Shown here: in pieces, positions 38,811 to 49,326 of the stretch
Layout of the letters: the number at the start of each line of letters is the position of its first letter
How positions within the stretch are numbered: position 1 is the first letter of the stretch
The notes under the pieces: generated by a model
Seen by the model: the letters and a program-made list of their open reading frames with translations, nothing else
What the model was told of the DNA's origin: nothing
Databases searched by the model: none
NCBI GenBank assembly: GCA_903859365.1
Contig: CAIOMD010000013.1
Span: 1,081 to 65,080, forward strand
Reading direction: 5' to 3'
DNA from: an uncultured Candidatus Saccharibacteria bacterium
GTDB lineage: Bacteria > Patescibacteriota > Saccharimonadia > Saccharimonadales > CAIOMD01
Length of the DNA: 64,000 bases
Position numbers and translations under genes: made by a program

Positions 38811-39487
38811 TATTTGTATTTCCCTCCCGCTTTATCACTCACCACCTGTCCATCACGTATGGTAATAACTCTTCGTTTGAGTTTATTTACAATTTCTTGA
38901 TTGTGGGTAGTTAGAATAACAGTAGTTCCGTACTTATTGATTTTTTCGAGCACACGAATAACATCCCACGCGTGATCGGCATCCAGATTACCCGTCGGTT
39001 CATCTGCAATAAGAATTTTTGGTTGTCTTGCAATTGCACGGGCAATAGCAACCCGTTGACGCTCACCACCTGAAAGTTCTGAAGGATAACTTAATTCTTT
39101 GCCCGTTAAACCGACTATATCCAAAACCTTAGGGATAGTTCGAGCTATTTCTTTATTCCCCATCCCAACAACTTCAAGGGCAAATGAAACATTTTCATAA
39201 ACATTTTTATTAGCAAGCAACTTGAAATCCTGGAATACTACGCCTATTTTTCGTCTTAGTAGAGGGATCTTTCTATCTTTTAAAGTTTCATAATCAATTC
39301 CACCAACAATAATCTTGCCGGATGTTGGTTTCTCTTCTCTCGTTAAAAGTTTTAGAAGCGTCGATTTACCGGCTCCACTTGGGCCAACAATTATTACAAA
39401 TTCCTTTGGCTCAACGTGCAGTGAAATACTTTTAAGCGCAGTGCCTCTTTTATTATAATTTTTTGTTACACGGTCTAATAAAATCAT
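38810..39487 (-). CDS. ftsE: Cell division ATP-binding protein FtsE
   Basis: GPSGAGKST, RRKIGVVFQDFKLL, LSGGERQR, ADEPTGNLD. Confidence 0.96.
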   Translation of the reverse strand: MILLDRVTKNYNKRGTALKSISLHVEPKEFVIIVGPSGAGKSTLLKLLTREEKPTSGKIIVGGIDYETLKDRKIPLLRRKIGVVFQDFKLLANKNVYENVSFALEVVGMGNKEIARTIPKVLDIVGLTGKELSYPSELSGGERQRVAIARAIARQPKILIADEPTGNLDADHAWDVIRVLEKINKYGTTVILTTHNQEIVNKLKRRVITIRDGQVVSDKAGGKYK

Positions 39488-39540
39488 TCTGCTTTTGATT
39501 ATATCAAAAGATACGGATAATTGAGCACCTTAGAAGTTTT

Positions 39541-40623
39541 CTACTCAGCAGATATTAAAGTTGATTTTAAGTAAGCATCAATAAATGGGTCGATTTTTCC
39601 ATTGAGAACCTCATCTGGATTGCTTGATTCATATTTCGTACGTGTATCCTTAACTTGTTTATATGGATGAAGAACATAATTACGAATTTGATTACCCCAC
39701 TCCGCGGACAAATTTGGTCCTTTAATATTAGATAATTTTTCTTGATGTTGCTCAATTTTCAATTGTAAAAGTTGTGACTTCAAAATTTTAAGGGCAGTTT
39801 CCTTGTTTTGTAATTGTGAACGCTCATTTTGAATCGCAACCGTGATACCCGTTGGAATATGAGTAATTCTTACTGCGCTATCTGTAGTGTTAACACTTTG
39901 ACCTCCATGCCCCCCGGCACGGTAAACATCAATTTTGAGAGTTTTCTCATCAAGTTCCAACTCGTTCTCATTTTCTATTTGGGGCACTATCTGCACCTTG
40001 GCAAAACTTGTTTGCCTAAGATTATCCGAATTAAATGGGCTAAGTCTTACGAGTCTATGCACTCCAGCTTCACCCTTTAGAAGACCATATACATGATCTC
40101 CCTCGATCGACATAGTAACTGTTTTTATTCCTGCTTCTTCACCATTTGATTGATCGATGATAGATAATTTAAACTTTTTATCTTCAGCCCATCTACTATA
40201 CATTCTGAAAATTATTTGTGCCCAGTCTTGCGCATCAGTACCGCCGGCGCCAGCGTATATGCTCATCAAAACATCATGATTGTCGTAAGCGCCCGTAAAC
40301 AATAAATCTTTTTGTAGAATTTCAAAATTTTTTATCAGTGTATCTAATAATGCAATAATCTCAGATTGCAATGAAGTATCATTCAACTCTAAGAGATTAC
40401 TCAATTCTTCAATTTCTGTTTTTAGTTTAATCCACGGGTTAATCTCATGCTGCAATTTTGATATTTTTTTTGATTTGGCTTGTGCCATTACAGTATCATC
40501 CCAGTAATCTGCAAGCTCTCTCTCCCCGAGCAAGTTATTCAAAGTTTCTTTCTTTGCGTCAATACCCAACTGACTATATGCGTGATTAAAATCATTTTGC
40601 AAAATAAGAAGTTTGTTATTCAT
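39541..40623 (-). CDS. prfB: Peptide chain release factor 2 (continuous ORF, no frameshift)
   Basis: GAGGTDAQDW, SPF specificity motif, GGQ, WGNQIRNY. Confidence 0.96.
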   Translation of the reverse strand: MNNKLLILQNDFNHAYSQLGIDAKKETLNNLLGERELADYWDDTVMAQAKSKKISKLQHEINPWIKLKTEIEELSNLLELNDTSLQSEIIALLDTLIKNFEILQKDLLFTGAYDNHDVLMSIYAGAGGTDAQDWAQIIFRMYSRWAEDKKFKLSIIDQSNGEEAGIKTVTMSIEGDHVYGLLKGEAGVHRLVRLSPFNSDNLRQTSFAKVQIVPQIENENELELDEKTLKIDVYRAGGHGGQSVNTTDSAVRITHIPTGITVAIQNERSQLQNKETALKILKSQLLQLKIEQHQEKLSNIKGPNLSAEWGNQIRNYVLHPYKQVKDTRTKYESSNPDEVLNGKIDPFIDAYLKSTLISAE

Positions 40624-40645
40624 GTTAGTTAGTTATTTTCTGCCA

Positions 40646-41932
40646 TTAATGGTACATGCTGTCGAATTTGGCATACAATTTGTTCGCCTCGACTTCATTA
40701 ATATTCCCGTAAAAAGCGAGGATCCATATAGCATCTTTTCTTAAAAATTTAGCTGCAATATCAATAATTGCTTCTCGAGTAATATTTTTTATCCTAGCCG
40801 GTAATTCATCAAAATTTTCAATTCTATTTTCGTACAGGAATGGGCTAGCGTAAGCATCGAGTATCGACCAAGCCGTTTGATATCTTCTTTGCATGTCGCC
40901 AAGAAGCGTTGACTTAGCTTCATCTAATTCTTTTTCGGTAAATTCTCCGTTTGCCATTTTTTTTAATTCTTGAGTGATTATACTGAAAAGTTCGTTAATG
41001 TTCGGGACTGAAACCTCGCCCGATATAGAAAAAAATTGATTATCTTTACTAAAATATGTGCTGTAATCAATTCCATATACCAACCCTTTTTCCCTCGCTT
41101 TGCCATATATCCTTGAGTGCATTGTCCCTAATAAAATAATACCAAGCGCGCTAAAGGCCTGTGCTTCCTGGGGGCTGAATCTTGTCTCTATCGCCGAATC
41201 CCAGCGATAAAAAATATTTTCTACGCTCGTATCGCTTACTACAACTGACTTTTTAGGCGAATGTATGGGTTCGCTAATCAAAGGAATTATTCCAGTTCCT
41301 TTCGATAGTGTCGTTGCATTAAGTCGTTTGATAAAGTTCTTTTCTCTGTTTTTAATTGCACCGGAAATTATAAATCTCATGTTTGTTGCAGTGTGAGTAG
41401 TAACGTAATGTTTTTTGATGTCCGAAAGCTGAATCTTATCTAATTCCTTGAGTCGTTTTCGGTATGGCATTTCAATAAGCCCCATCTTCTCACCCGAAAT
41501 TAGACTTAATTCAATACCGTGATCATTCATCCTGCTCATTAATTCTTCTCTGACATTTTCCTTTTCTGTCTTGAATTCTTTTTCCAAAAATAATGGCTCT
41601 TCAATAGCAAGTAACAATAAGTCGATAATTCTTTCCGCCTCAAAGTCAGCACATTCTGCAACATAGGTCATATGGTAAGAGCCGGTTGAAGCATTTTGGT
41701 AGGCCCCATTCTTAACAAACTCTTTGCTGTAATCAGAAGCTGTTTTAAATTTTTTATTTGCTCCAAGAGCAATATGTTCCATCAAATGCGCGGTATCCAT
41801 CTTACCCTTAGGAGATAAATAATCACCTGCTCTAAAAGTAAATTCGAAACAAACAACACTTGAATCAGGAACATCAATGAGCAGTCCTTGCGCTCCATTA
41901 TCTAACTCTACGCTTTTTGCGAACTGCTTCAT
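40646..41932 (-). CDS. M16 family zinc peptidase
   Basis: Inverted zinc motif HLMEH, NAST, REKGLVY. Confidence 0.88.
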   Translation of the reverse strand: MKQFAKSVELDNGAQGLLIDVPDSSVVCFEFTFRAGDYLSPKGKMDTAHLMEHIALGANKKFKTASDYSKEFVKNGAYQNASTGSYHMTYVAECADFEAERIIDLLLLAIEEPLFLEKEFKTEKENVREELMSRMNDHGIELSLISGEKMGLIEMPYRKRLKELDKIQLSDIKKHYVTTHTATNMRFIISGAIKNREKNFIKRLNATTLSKGTGIIPLISEPIHSPKKSVVVSDTSVENIFYRWDSAIETRFSPQEAQAFSALGIILLGTMHSRIYGKAREKGLVYGIDYSTYFSKDNQFFSISGEVSVPNINELFSIITQELKKMANGEFTEKELDEAKSTLLGDMQRRYQTAWSILDAYASPFLYENRIENFDELPARIKNITREAIIDIAAKFLRKDAIWILAFYGNINEVEANKLYAKFDSMYH

Positions 41933-41937
41933 TTTTT

Positions 41938-44520
41938 TTATCGCCTATTCTTTTTTCTGTTTTGTCGCTGCGCTTTTCGGGCATCCTTTTTCTTCTTAGT
42001 GCTACTACCCTTAAGGGTTGTTTTTTTAACATTAAATGAGTTCTCAGAAATTATTTCGGCTTCTGTTATATTTGCGGCATTATCTATCGAATTTTTTGCT
42101 GCTCGCGTCAACTCCGTATCATGCATATGATCTAAGTGCTCGGTCATAGGTACAGCATGCATGATATTCCTAAGCACTTCACGTCGTAATACATGCTGCA
42201 TAGCCTCAAACATTGCCTGACCGCGCCTTCTATATTCAACCAGTGGATCACGTTGCCCTACACTAGCCCAGTGAATACCCTCGCGAAGATGTTCCATATC
42301 TTCAAGGTGCTGCATCCAAAGATTATCTAATATTTGAAAATAAATATCCCTTTCAATTTCACGCATAAGATCAGGACTAAAAGTCATTTCTTTCGATTCA
42401 TAGAGTTCAAGCGCTTCCTGTTCTAAAACAGTTGAGAATTTATCTGCTTCAGCATCAAACAGTCTACTTAAGGTTTCTTCATCAAATGGAAATACTTCTG
42501 TAACTGTTTTTTCAAAATTTTTATCATTACCTAACAGTACGCTGAGTGATATAGATTCCTCTTTGATGAATTGCTTGATGCGGTCTGCGATGTTGGCATT
42601 TTCAAGAAGTGCACGTCTCGTCTCGTACGTAGCTTTACGATGTCTATTCATGACATCATCGTATTTAACGACATTTTTTCGAGAATCAAAGTTAAAACCT
42701 TCTACTTTTTTCTGGGCACCTTCAAGGCTCTTGCTTACGACACGATTTTCTAAAGGCATGTCTTCGTCAACCTTAAGTCTATCCATAAGATTGGCTATCT
42801 TTTCGCCACCAAAAATTCTCATTAAATCATCTTCTGTAGACACATAGAATTGGGTAATACCCGGATCTCCCTGCCGGCCAGATCGTCCACGAAGTTGGTT
42901 GTCGATTCGACGTGACTCATGCCGTTCAGATCCTATAACGAAAAGGCCACCTAGTTTTTTTGTTTCTTCATCTAGGACAATGTCAGTACCACGCCCTGCG
43001 ATATTTGTAGCGAGCGTAACTGCACCTTTTTGCCCAGCTTTTGCAACAATTGCTGCTTCACGTTCGTTATTCTTAGCATTAAGAACTTGGTGCGGTATTT
43101 TTGCCTTGTTCAGTGCTGCACCGAGTTCCTCATTATTTTCAATTGAAACAGTACCAATGAGCACCGGCTGTCCTTTTTCATGAAGCTCCTTGACTGCCTT
43201 AGCAATTGCGCGAGTTTTGGCAGCCTTTGTTTTATAAATTCTATCGGGAAGATCTTTTCTTCTTTGTGCCTGATTTGTTGGAATTTCGATAACGTTAAGT
43301 TTGTAAATTTGATGAAATTCTTCGCTTTCTGTCAATGCGGTTCCTGTCATACCAGAAAGTTTTTCATATAATCTAAAGTAATTTTGGAAACTAATAGTAG
43401 CCAGAGTCATTGATTCTTGTTGTACGGCAACACTTTCTTTGGCTTCAATCGCTTGGTGAAGGCCTTCATTGTATCTCCGACCTTTTAGGAGTCTTCCAGT
43501 AAACTCATCGACTATAACTACTTCGCCATCTGAGGTTACTACATAATCTTTGTCTCGGATAAAGAGCGTTTGAGCTCGAAGAGCTTGCTCTAGGTGATAT
43601 ATAGTTCTAATATTCCCCTCTTCGTAAAGATTTTTAACACCCATCAATTTTTCAACTTTTTCAACACCCTCGTCATTAAGTGAAACTCTCTTTTCTTTTT
43701 CATCTACCGTGTAATGCTCTGGCTTTAACTGGCTAACCACTCGTGCAAACTGAGTATATGCTTGTCCACTTGAAGTACTGGGAGCACTTATGATCAGTGG
43801 GGTTCTGGCCTCGTCAATAAGAATAGAGTCGACTTCGTCAACAATTGCGAAATGTAATTTTCTTTGACGCAGCTGATCAACTTCACGAACCATATTGTCT
43901 CTCAAATAATCAAAGCCAAATTCATTATTAGTGCCATAAGTAATGTCGGCATTATATGCCTCTTGTCTCGAACAAGGGCGCAGATGGCGAAAGCGCTCAT
44001 CTGCATGATCTTTATTGGTATACGATGCGTCATAAACATATGAAGCATCAGGAATAATAACTCCTGTAGTTAAGCCAAGTGCATCATAGACCTGCCCCAT
44101 CCAACCCGCATCACGCTGGACGAGATATTCATTTACCGTAACAACATGAACCCCTTTTTCAGTAAGCGCATTGAGATATACAGGTGCAGTAGCAACCAAA
44201 GTTTTACCCTCACCAGTTTTCATTTCTGCAACGTTACCTTCATGAAGAGCCATGCCGCCTATCAGCTGAACATCGAAATGTCGTTGACCAAGATTGCGCC
44301 TTGCGGCTTCGCGTACTACCGCAAACGCGTCTGGCAAAATTTTATCCAATGATTCTTTTTCTAAACGTTTCTTCAAAACTTCTGTTTGTTTTTTCAAATC
44401 CGGATCTTTCATTTTTTTGTATTTGTTCTCAAGTGCATTAATATCATTAACACGCCGTCTTAAGCGTCTCATTAATGCATTCTGATTATCACCTAAAAGT
44501 GACTTAAAAAAATTTGCCAT
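41938..44520 (-). CDS. secA: Preprotein translocase ATPase SecA
   Basis: MKTGEGKT, DEVDSILIDEARTP, ATNIAGRGTDI, RRIDNQLRGRSGRQGDPG; basic tail, no SEC-C zinc motif. Confidence 0.98.
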   Translation of the reverse strand: MANFFKSLLGDNQNALMRRLRRRVNDINALENKYKKMKDPDLKKQTEVLKKRLEKESLDKILPDAFAVVREAARRNLGQRHFDVQLIGGMALHEGNVAEMKTGEGKTLVATAPVYLNALTEKGVHVVTVNEYLVQRDAGWMGQVYDALGLTTGVIIPDASYVYDASYTNKDHADERFRHLRPCSRQEAYNADITYGTNNEFGFDYLRDNMVREVDQLRQRKLHFAIVDEVDSILIDEARTPLIISAPSTSSGQAYTQFARVVSQLKPEHYTVDEKEKRVSLNDEGVEKVEKLMGVKNLYEEGNIRTIYHLEQALRAQTLFIRDKDYVVTSDGEVVIVDEFTGRLLKGRRYNEGLHQAIEAKESVAVQQESMTLATISFQNYFRLYEKLSGMTGTALTESEEFHQIYKLNVIEIPTNQAQRRKDLPDRIYKTKAAKTRAIAKAVKELHEKGQPVLIGTVSIENNEELGAALNKAKIPHQVLNAKNNEREAAIVAKAGQKGAVTLATNIAGRGTDIVLDEETKKLGGLFVIGSERHESRRIDNQLRGRSGRQGDPGITQFYVSTEDDLMRIFGGEKIANLMDRLKVDEDMPLENRVVSKSLEGAQKKVEGFNFDSRKNVVKYDDVMNRHRKATYETRRALLENANIADRIKQFIKEESISLSVLLGNDKNFEKTVTEVFPFDEETLSRLFDAEADKFSTVLEQEALELYESKEMTFSPDLMREIERDIYFQILDNLWMQHLEDMEHLREGIHWASVGQRDPLVEYRRRGQAMFEAMQHVLRREVLRNIMHAVPMTEHLDHMHDTELTRAAKNSIDNAANITEAEIISENSFNVKKTTLKGSSTKKKKDARKAQRQNRKKNRR

Positions 44521-44600
44521 TTGGTCTGATTCCCCTCGCTGATAATGTAGTCTATTGTAGCGCGCTTCACCGATGATGTCGATGTAAATTAATAGATAAC

Positions 44601-44984
44601 TTAACTTTTGTTATTTCTTCTGACAATTTTCCCCAAAAAAGTTCTAATCTTTTTTTCATTTTTTGAGTTATTATCGGAATTAAGAGATTTATATTTCCTA
44701 AGTTGCGATTTAATTTTTTGTTCAACAATATCGATAGCTGCATAAATATTCACTGTTGTTTCTTTAGCAGTAATAGTTTCTCCAGGAAGAAACATGACTA
44801 CTTCAGCTGTAGATTCTTTCTTATTTTTGGCGTGTTCTTCCTTGAGCCAAACTTCAAGATGGACACTTTCTCTTGCATGTCGGGGCATATACGTGTCAAG
44901 TTTGCCAAGTTTTTTCTCTACGTAGTCTCTGATATCCTCGGTTGCTTCTGTGTGCACTCCAGTTATTTCTAATTTTTTAATCAT
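44601..44984 (-). CDS. hpf: Ribosome hibernation factor HPF/RaiA (short form)
   Basis: ITG..TE.IRDYVEKKLGKL...NIYAAID..KI..QLRKYK; upstream of secA. Confidence 0.9.
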   Translation of the reverse strand: MIKKLEITGVHTEATEDIRDYVEKKLGKLDTYMPRHARESVHLEVWLKEEHAKNKKESTAEVVMFLPGETITAKETTVNIYAAIDIVEQKIKSQLRKYKSLNSDNNSKNEKKIRTFLGKIVRRNNKS

Positions 44985-46228
44985 ATTGTTTGGACTCCTC
45001 CCATATATTGAAGTAGAACTTCTGGAACTACTAATTCGCCTTTATCATTCTGATGATTTTCTATGATAGCAATCATCATTCTGCTCATTGCAGCTGCAGT
45101 TCCATTCAATGTGTGAAGATATTCTATCTTGTTATTTTTATTACGATATCTAATATTCAGTCTCCTCGCTTGATAGTCTGTAATATTAGAACAACTCATC
45201 AATTCTTTATAAGATTGATCAACTGGGCTCCAATACTCAATGTCGAACTTCTTATATGCGGGTGCTCCTAAGTCACCTGCTGCAATTCTCACTAATTGGT
45301 ACGGTAGGTTAAGATTCTGACAGAGCTCTTCTTCTAAAGCAATTAATTTTTGATGCCACTCTTCGCTCTGAGATGGTAGGCAAAATACGTAAAGTTCTAC
45401 TTTATTAAATTGATGAACTCTATATAAGCCTCGACTGTGCTTTCCATAAGCACCGGCCTCCATCCTATAAGCAGGACTTATCCCTGCATAAAGAAGTGGT
45501 AATGTCGCTTCATCTAGTATTTCATCAGAATGATAGCCAGTGATGGGTATTTCAGCAGTTGCTATTAAATTAAGATCTTCACCCTCAATTTTGTATACTT
45601 GCCGTTCTTCACCACGAGGAAGATAGCCTGTTCCATTCATAGTCCTTGTATTAACCATGTGAGGAACGGTAATAGGAGTAAAGCCTTTTTTTCTAGCAAT
45701 TTCCATCACATACAGTGAGAGTGCTAACTCAAGACTAACAAGATCTCCTTTTAGGAAGTAGAATTTATTTCCTGCAACTTTTGTTCCTCTCTCAAAATCT
45801 ACAAGATTTTTATTCTCTGCCCACTCAAGATGATCTATAGTCCTCTTATTTGTTGGCTCACCCCATTGTTTGACCATTATATTGGCTTCTTCTCCGCCGA
45901 GTGGCGTGTCATCGGGAATGATATTTGGTATTTCACCTAAAAGGTCTTGGTACTCCTTTTCAACAACTTCAAGTGAACTTTCACTTTCTTCAATTTCCTT
46001 GCGGATTTTTCTCCCTTTAGCAATAAATTCTTCTGTTGGCTTTGTAGATGAATCTTTCGAAGCAAGTAGCTGATTTCTCTGCTCCCTTAATTTCTCAGTT
46101 TTTTGGATTAATTCTCTTCTTTTTTCATCGATACTCAGGAGCTTTTTGATATCAGCTTTCATCCCTTTTTGTTTTGTTTTTTCGGCAACCTTTTCTGCAT
46201 TTTCACGAATATATTGAATGTCTAACAT
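44981..46228 (-). CDS. serS: Serine--tRNA ligase
   Basis: MLDIQYIR, LIATAE, GLYRVHQFNKVE, SCSNITDYQARRL, HTLNGT. Confidence 0.97.
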   Translation of the reverse strand: MLDIQYIRENAEKVAEKTKQKGMKADIKKLLSIDEKRRELIQKTEKLREQRNQLLASKDSSTKPTEEFIAKGRKIRKEIEESESSLEVVEKEYQDLLGEIPNIIPDDTPLGGEEANIMVKQWGEPTNKRTIDHLEWAENKNLVDFERGTKVAGNKFYFLKGDLVSLELALSLYVMEIARKKGFTPITVPHMVNTRTMNGTGYLPRGEERQVYKIEGEDLNLIATAEIPITGYHSDEILDEATLPLLYAGISPAYRMEAGAYGKHSRGLYRVHQFNKVELYVFCLPSQSEEWHQKLIALEEELCQNLNLPYQLVRIAAGDLGAPAYKKFDIEYWSPVDQSYKELMSCSNITDYQARRLNIRYRNKNNKIEYLHTLNGTAAAMSRMMIAIIENHQNDKGELVVPEVLLQYMGGVQTI

Positions 46229-46258
46229 AGTTATATTATACCCTCAATTTTGTTCAAT

Positions 46259-47035
46259 TTATACGGTAAGATTATTTTTTAAATATTTGAGAGTTAACTC
46301 AGTTCTACTTCGAGCATAAGCACAAAAGGCACATTCGCCCCCCATAATATTATTCCCAATTTCAGGGATATCTCCTTCAAGGCATTCTTTCATCGAGAGC
46401 ACAACTTGCTCTATCCAATCAGTAGTTCCTTCGTACGGGATAAGTTTAGTTTTAAAATGAAGGGTATCATTAAATTCTTCAAAATTAGACAGTCCGTTCG
46501 CATAAACAAAATATCCGGTTGTGCTTACTTTAAAGTCATTCGACTTTAGGAGCCATTGATATATTTCAAGCTGGCGTTTATAGGTAATTTGCCAGTCAGC
46601 ATCAAGTGAAACATCAGTTTTTTTTGAAGTTGCCTTGTAATCGACAACGATAAGCTCATCGTTTGCGTTAATCCAAATATCATCCACAGCACCAAAAAAA
46701 TTTATATTTGTAGGTTTATGATAATAGCGTATTCCAATAAAATTCTCACGCCATTTATTTAAATCTTTATGGGCAAACGGTATCGCATCAACATGGTTTT
46801 TAAGCATTATTGGATGAGGTTTTTTGAGCAAACGATATCCATCGAATTCTTTTTTGAATAATTCATCAATCAATTTGTTGATTTGAAATGGAGGACCGTC
46901 AGGTCGCTTTATCTTTAATCTTGTATCAAGCCAAAAGCAGCGCTTACACTGCATAAAAAGCTCTATCTTACTTCTACTAAGATCAAAAGAATTTTTTTGC
47001 CCAGGTACATAAGGTAAGGATCTTGCGTATGCCAT
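46259..47035 (-). CDS. PD-(D/E)XK (RecB/Cas4-like) nuclease
   Basis: LSRSKI..CKRC, GAVDD, VVDYK, QLEIY, C-terminal CAFC. Confidence 0.85.
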   Translation of the reverse strand: MAYARSLPYVPGQKNSFDLSRSKIELFMQCKRCFWLDTRLKIKRPDGPPFQINKLIDELFKKEFDGYRLLKKPHPIMLKNHVDAIPFAHKDLNKWRENFIGIRYYHKPTNINFFGAVDDIWINANDELIVVDYKATSKKTDVSLDADWQITYKRQLEIYQWLLKSNDFKVSTTGYFVYANGLSNFEEFNDTLHFKTKLIPYEGTTDWIEQVVLSMKECLEGDIPEIGNNIMGGECAFCAYARSRTELTLKYLKNNLTV

Positions 47036-47052
47036 ATAACGTATTGTAACAG

Positions 47053-47763
47053 CTAAGCCAAAAAGGCTGCTGAAACTGCTGCGATTGCTGCCGTTTCAGC
47101 CCGTAAAGTAAATTGACTTAAGGAAATTTTCTTTATACCAGACTGTTCAAAAAGTTTTTTCTCATCCGGCGACCAACCCCCTTCAGGACCAATATAGAGT
47201 CCAAGTTCAGTATAATCTTTAAAGAGTTCGGTAGTACTCCCATCACCCTCAAGGATAAACTTTTGAATTGATTCGTATTCTTTGAATGATTCCCCCAGGG
47301 TTATTGGTTCACGAAGTCTTGGAATATCACTGCGACCGCATTGCTCTGAAGCTTCAATGATAATTTTGATGGCTCGATCAAAATTAAAATTCTGCTTTTC
47401 GGTTCGTTCACAATTAAGTGGAATGAAGTTTGTTACTCCTAGTTCAGTAGCCTTTTGAAGCACCCAATCATTTTTGTCTTTTTTCAAAACTGACCAAAAT
47501 AGATAGATTTTTTTTCGTGGAAATTTTCTTTCATATTCAGTTACATATTCAAGATGAACACTATCATTCTTGGAGATGGACACAATTCTATAAAGGCACT
47601 CTCGCTCGTCATCAAACAATACAAGTTCTTGACCTTCTTTATATCTTAGAACTTTTTGCCATTGCGCCAATAGTCCACTTTTATGCACCCATAGAGATTT
47701 AGCTCCAAGATTTTGATCTTTAGCATCACTTGTATTTGGAAGATAAAATCTATGAAGGCGCAT
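47053..47763 (-). CDS. rsmE: 16S rRNA m3U1498 methyltransferase
   Basis: QKATELGV, EASEQCGR, IGPEGG, LRAETA. Confidence 0.95.
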   Translation of the reverse strand: MRLHRFYLPNTSDAKDQNLGAKSLWVHKSGLLAQWQKVLRYKEGQELVLFDDERECLYRIVSISKNDSVHLEYVTEYERKFPRKKIYLFWSVLKKDKNDWVLQKATELGVTNFIPLNCERTEKQNFNFDRAIKIIIEASEQCGRSDIPRLREPITLGESFKEYESIQKFILEGDGSTTELFKDYTELGLYIGPEGGWSPDEKKLFEQSGIKKISLSQFTLRAETAAIAAVSAAFLA

Positions 47764-49286
47764 TAATCTTTACGTAATTTCTTAAAGATTTCAGGATAAA
47801 TAGTTTTTGTTGTAGCATCTATTTCATGGCGCATCTGCGGAAACGGCACTCCTTCGCGCGCGCTTACTCCTTCAAGAACCCAAAATACTCGCTCAGTATA
47901 CCCCCAACCACACGCTGGTGGCATCCCATATTCAAGCATCTCGACAAAATCAATATCAAGCATCATCGCCTCTTCGTCTCCTGCATCACGCATTCCCTGT
48001 TGCTCCATGAATCGCTCAAGCTGATCAATAGGGTCGTTGAGTTCACTAAAACCATTACCAAGCTCAGATCCTGCGATAATGGGTTGAAAACGCTGCACAG
48101 TGTTTTCATTATCTAGATTTACCTTACTTAAAGGGCTTATGAACTTTGGTGTATTAATGAGCCAGACGGGGCCAGCGATATCTTTACGAAGATTCTTCCA
48201 TAGTTTATCTATTCCTCGCGCTATATTATCGGTCTTCTCAACCTCGAGTTTATGTTTTTTAAGTGCAGCTTTAACTTCTTCTATCGTGCAACCAAAAACG
48301 TCTAAGCCATAATTCTCTTTTATCACCGTAGCGTAATCAAGTTCTTTCCAATCTTTTGAAAGATCTATGTCAAAAGAGCCTTTTTTAAACTTAAGTGTTC
48401 CAAATGTTTTTTCAATAACATATCGGTACAGTTCAGTCATGAATTTCATTCCGTCGCGCCAGTCGGCATACGCCCAGTACCACTCCATTGCTATATGCTC
48501 GGGTAGGTGCTCATCGCTGTAGTTTTCATTTCGAAAACGAGGGCCAATGTCATACACTTTCTCATAACCGCCACCCAGTAATCGCTTGAGGGGCAATTCT
48601 TGGCTAATGCGAAGGTAGAAATCTTGATCAAGTGCTGCCATATTTGTGACAAAAGGATTTGCGTCAGCGCCACCTGTTGTGTGTTCAAGAACAGGAATAT
48701 TTATTTCTACAAACCCGTTTTTGTTCAAAAAATCTCTTGTTGCTTGCCAAAAAACACTTCGTCTAATGAATCTATCGTATACATCTTGATTAATGTTTGT
48801 GTCGATATATCGTCGTCTGAGGCGCTCTTCTTTATTTGTAAACCCTTCTACTTTTGTAGGCAGAGGTCGTAGTGTTTTAACAAGTAGCCTTAATTCTGTT
48901 ACTTCAATAGAAATTTCGCCTGTTTGGGTCTTAATTACTTTCCCCTCAGCTTGAAGAAAATCCCCCGAATCAAGTAAGTGCAGTTCTTCAAGGCCTACAA
49001 TACCCTTTTTGCTATCAAGTTTTTCCACTATGCCGTCTTTAAGAAAAAGCTGAATTTGACCACTTGCATCTTTAAGAACAATGAATGCGATCTTGCCAAA
49101 TTTTCTTATAGATAGAATTCTACCTGCTAAAGAAACAGTTTTATCTTTGAATTGCTCAAAATGTTGCGCTACATCACCAGCCATATTGCTACGGTGAGTA
49201 TCTGATGGGTATGGATTAATGCCTAATGCTCTAAGCTCTTGAAGCTTTCGCAGTCTTTCATCTCTTAGTTCTTTTAATGTAGCCAT
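47763..49286 (-). CDS. lysS: Lysine--tRNA ligase (class II)
   Basis: OB fold, RRRYID, GGADANPF, LRISQEL, FRNE, ELGNGFSELNDP, YGMPP. Confidence 0.97.
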   Translation of the reverse strand: MATLKELRDERLRKLQELRALGINPYPSDTHRSNMAGDVAQHFEQFKDKTVSLAGRILSIRKFGKIAFIVLKDASGQIQLFLKDGIVEKLDSKKGIVGLEELHLLDSGDFLQAEGKVIKTQTGEISIEVTELRLLVKTLRPLPTKVEGFTNKEERLRRRYIDTNINQDVYDRFIRRSVFWQATRDFLNKNGFVEINIPVLEHTTGGADANPFVTNMAALDQDFYLRISQELPLKRLLGGGYEKVYDIGPRFRNENYSDEHLPEHIAMEWYWAYADWRDGMKFMTELYRYVIEKTFGTLKFKKGSFDIDLSKDWKELDYATVIKENYGLDVFGCTIEEVKAALKKHKLEVEKTDNIARGIDKLWKNLRKDIAGPVWLINTPKFISPLSKVNLDNENTVQRFQPIIAGSELGNGFSELNDPIDQLERFMEQQGMRDAGDEEAMMLDIDFVEMLEYGMPPACGWGYTERVFWVLEGVSAREGVPFPQMRHEIDATTKTIYPEIFKKLRKD

Positions 49287-49326
49287 TTTGCGCTATTCCT
49301 CTAGATATCTCTTTATTGTTAACTGT

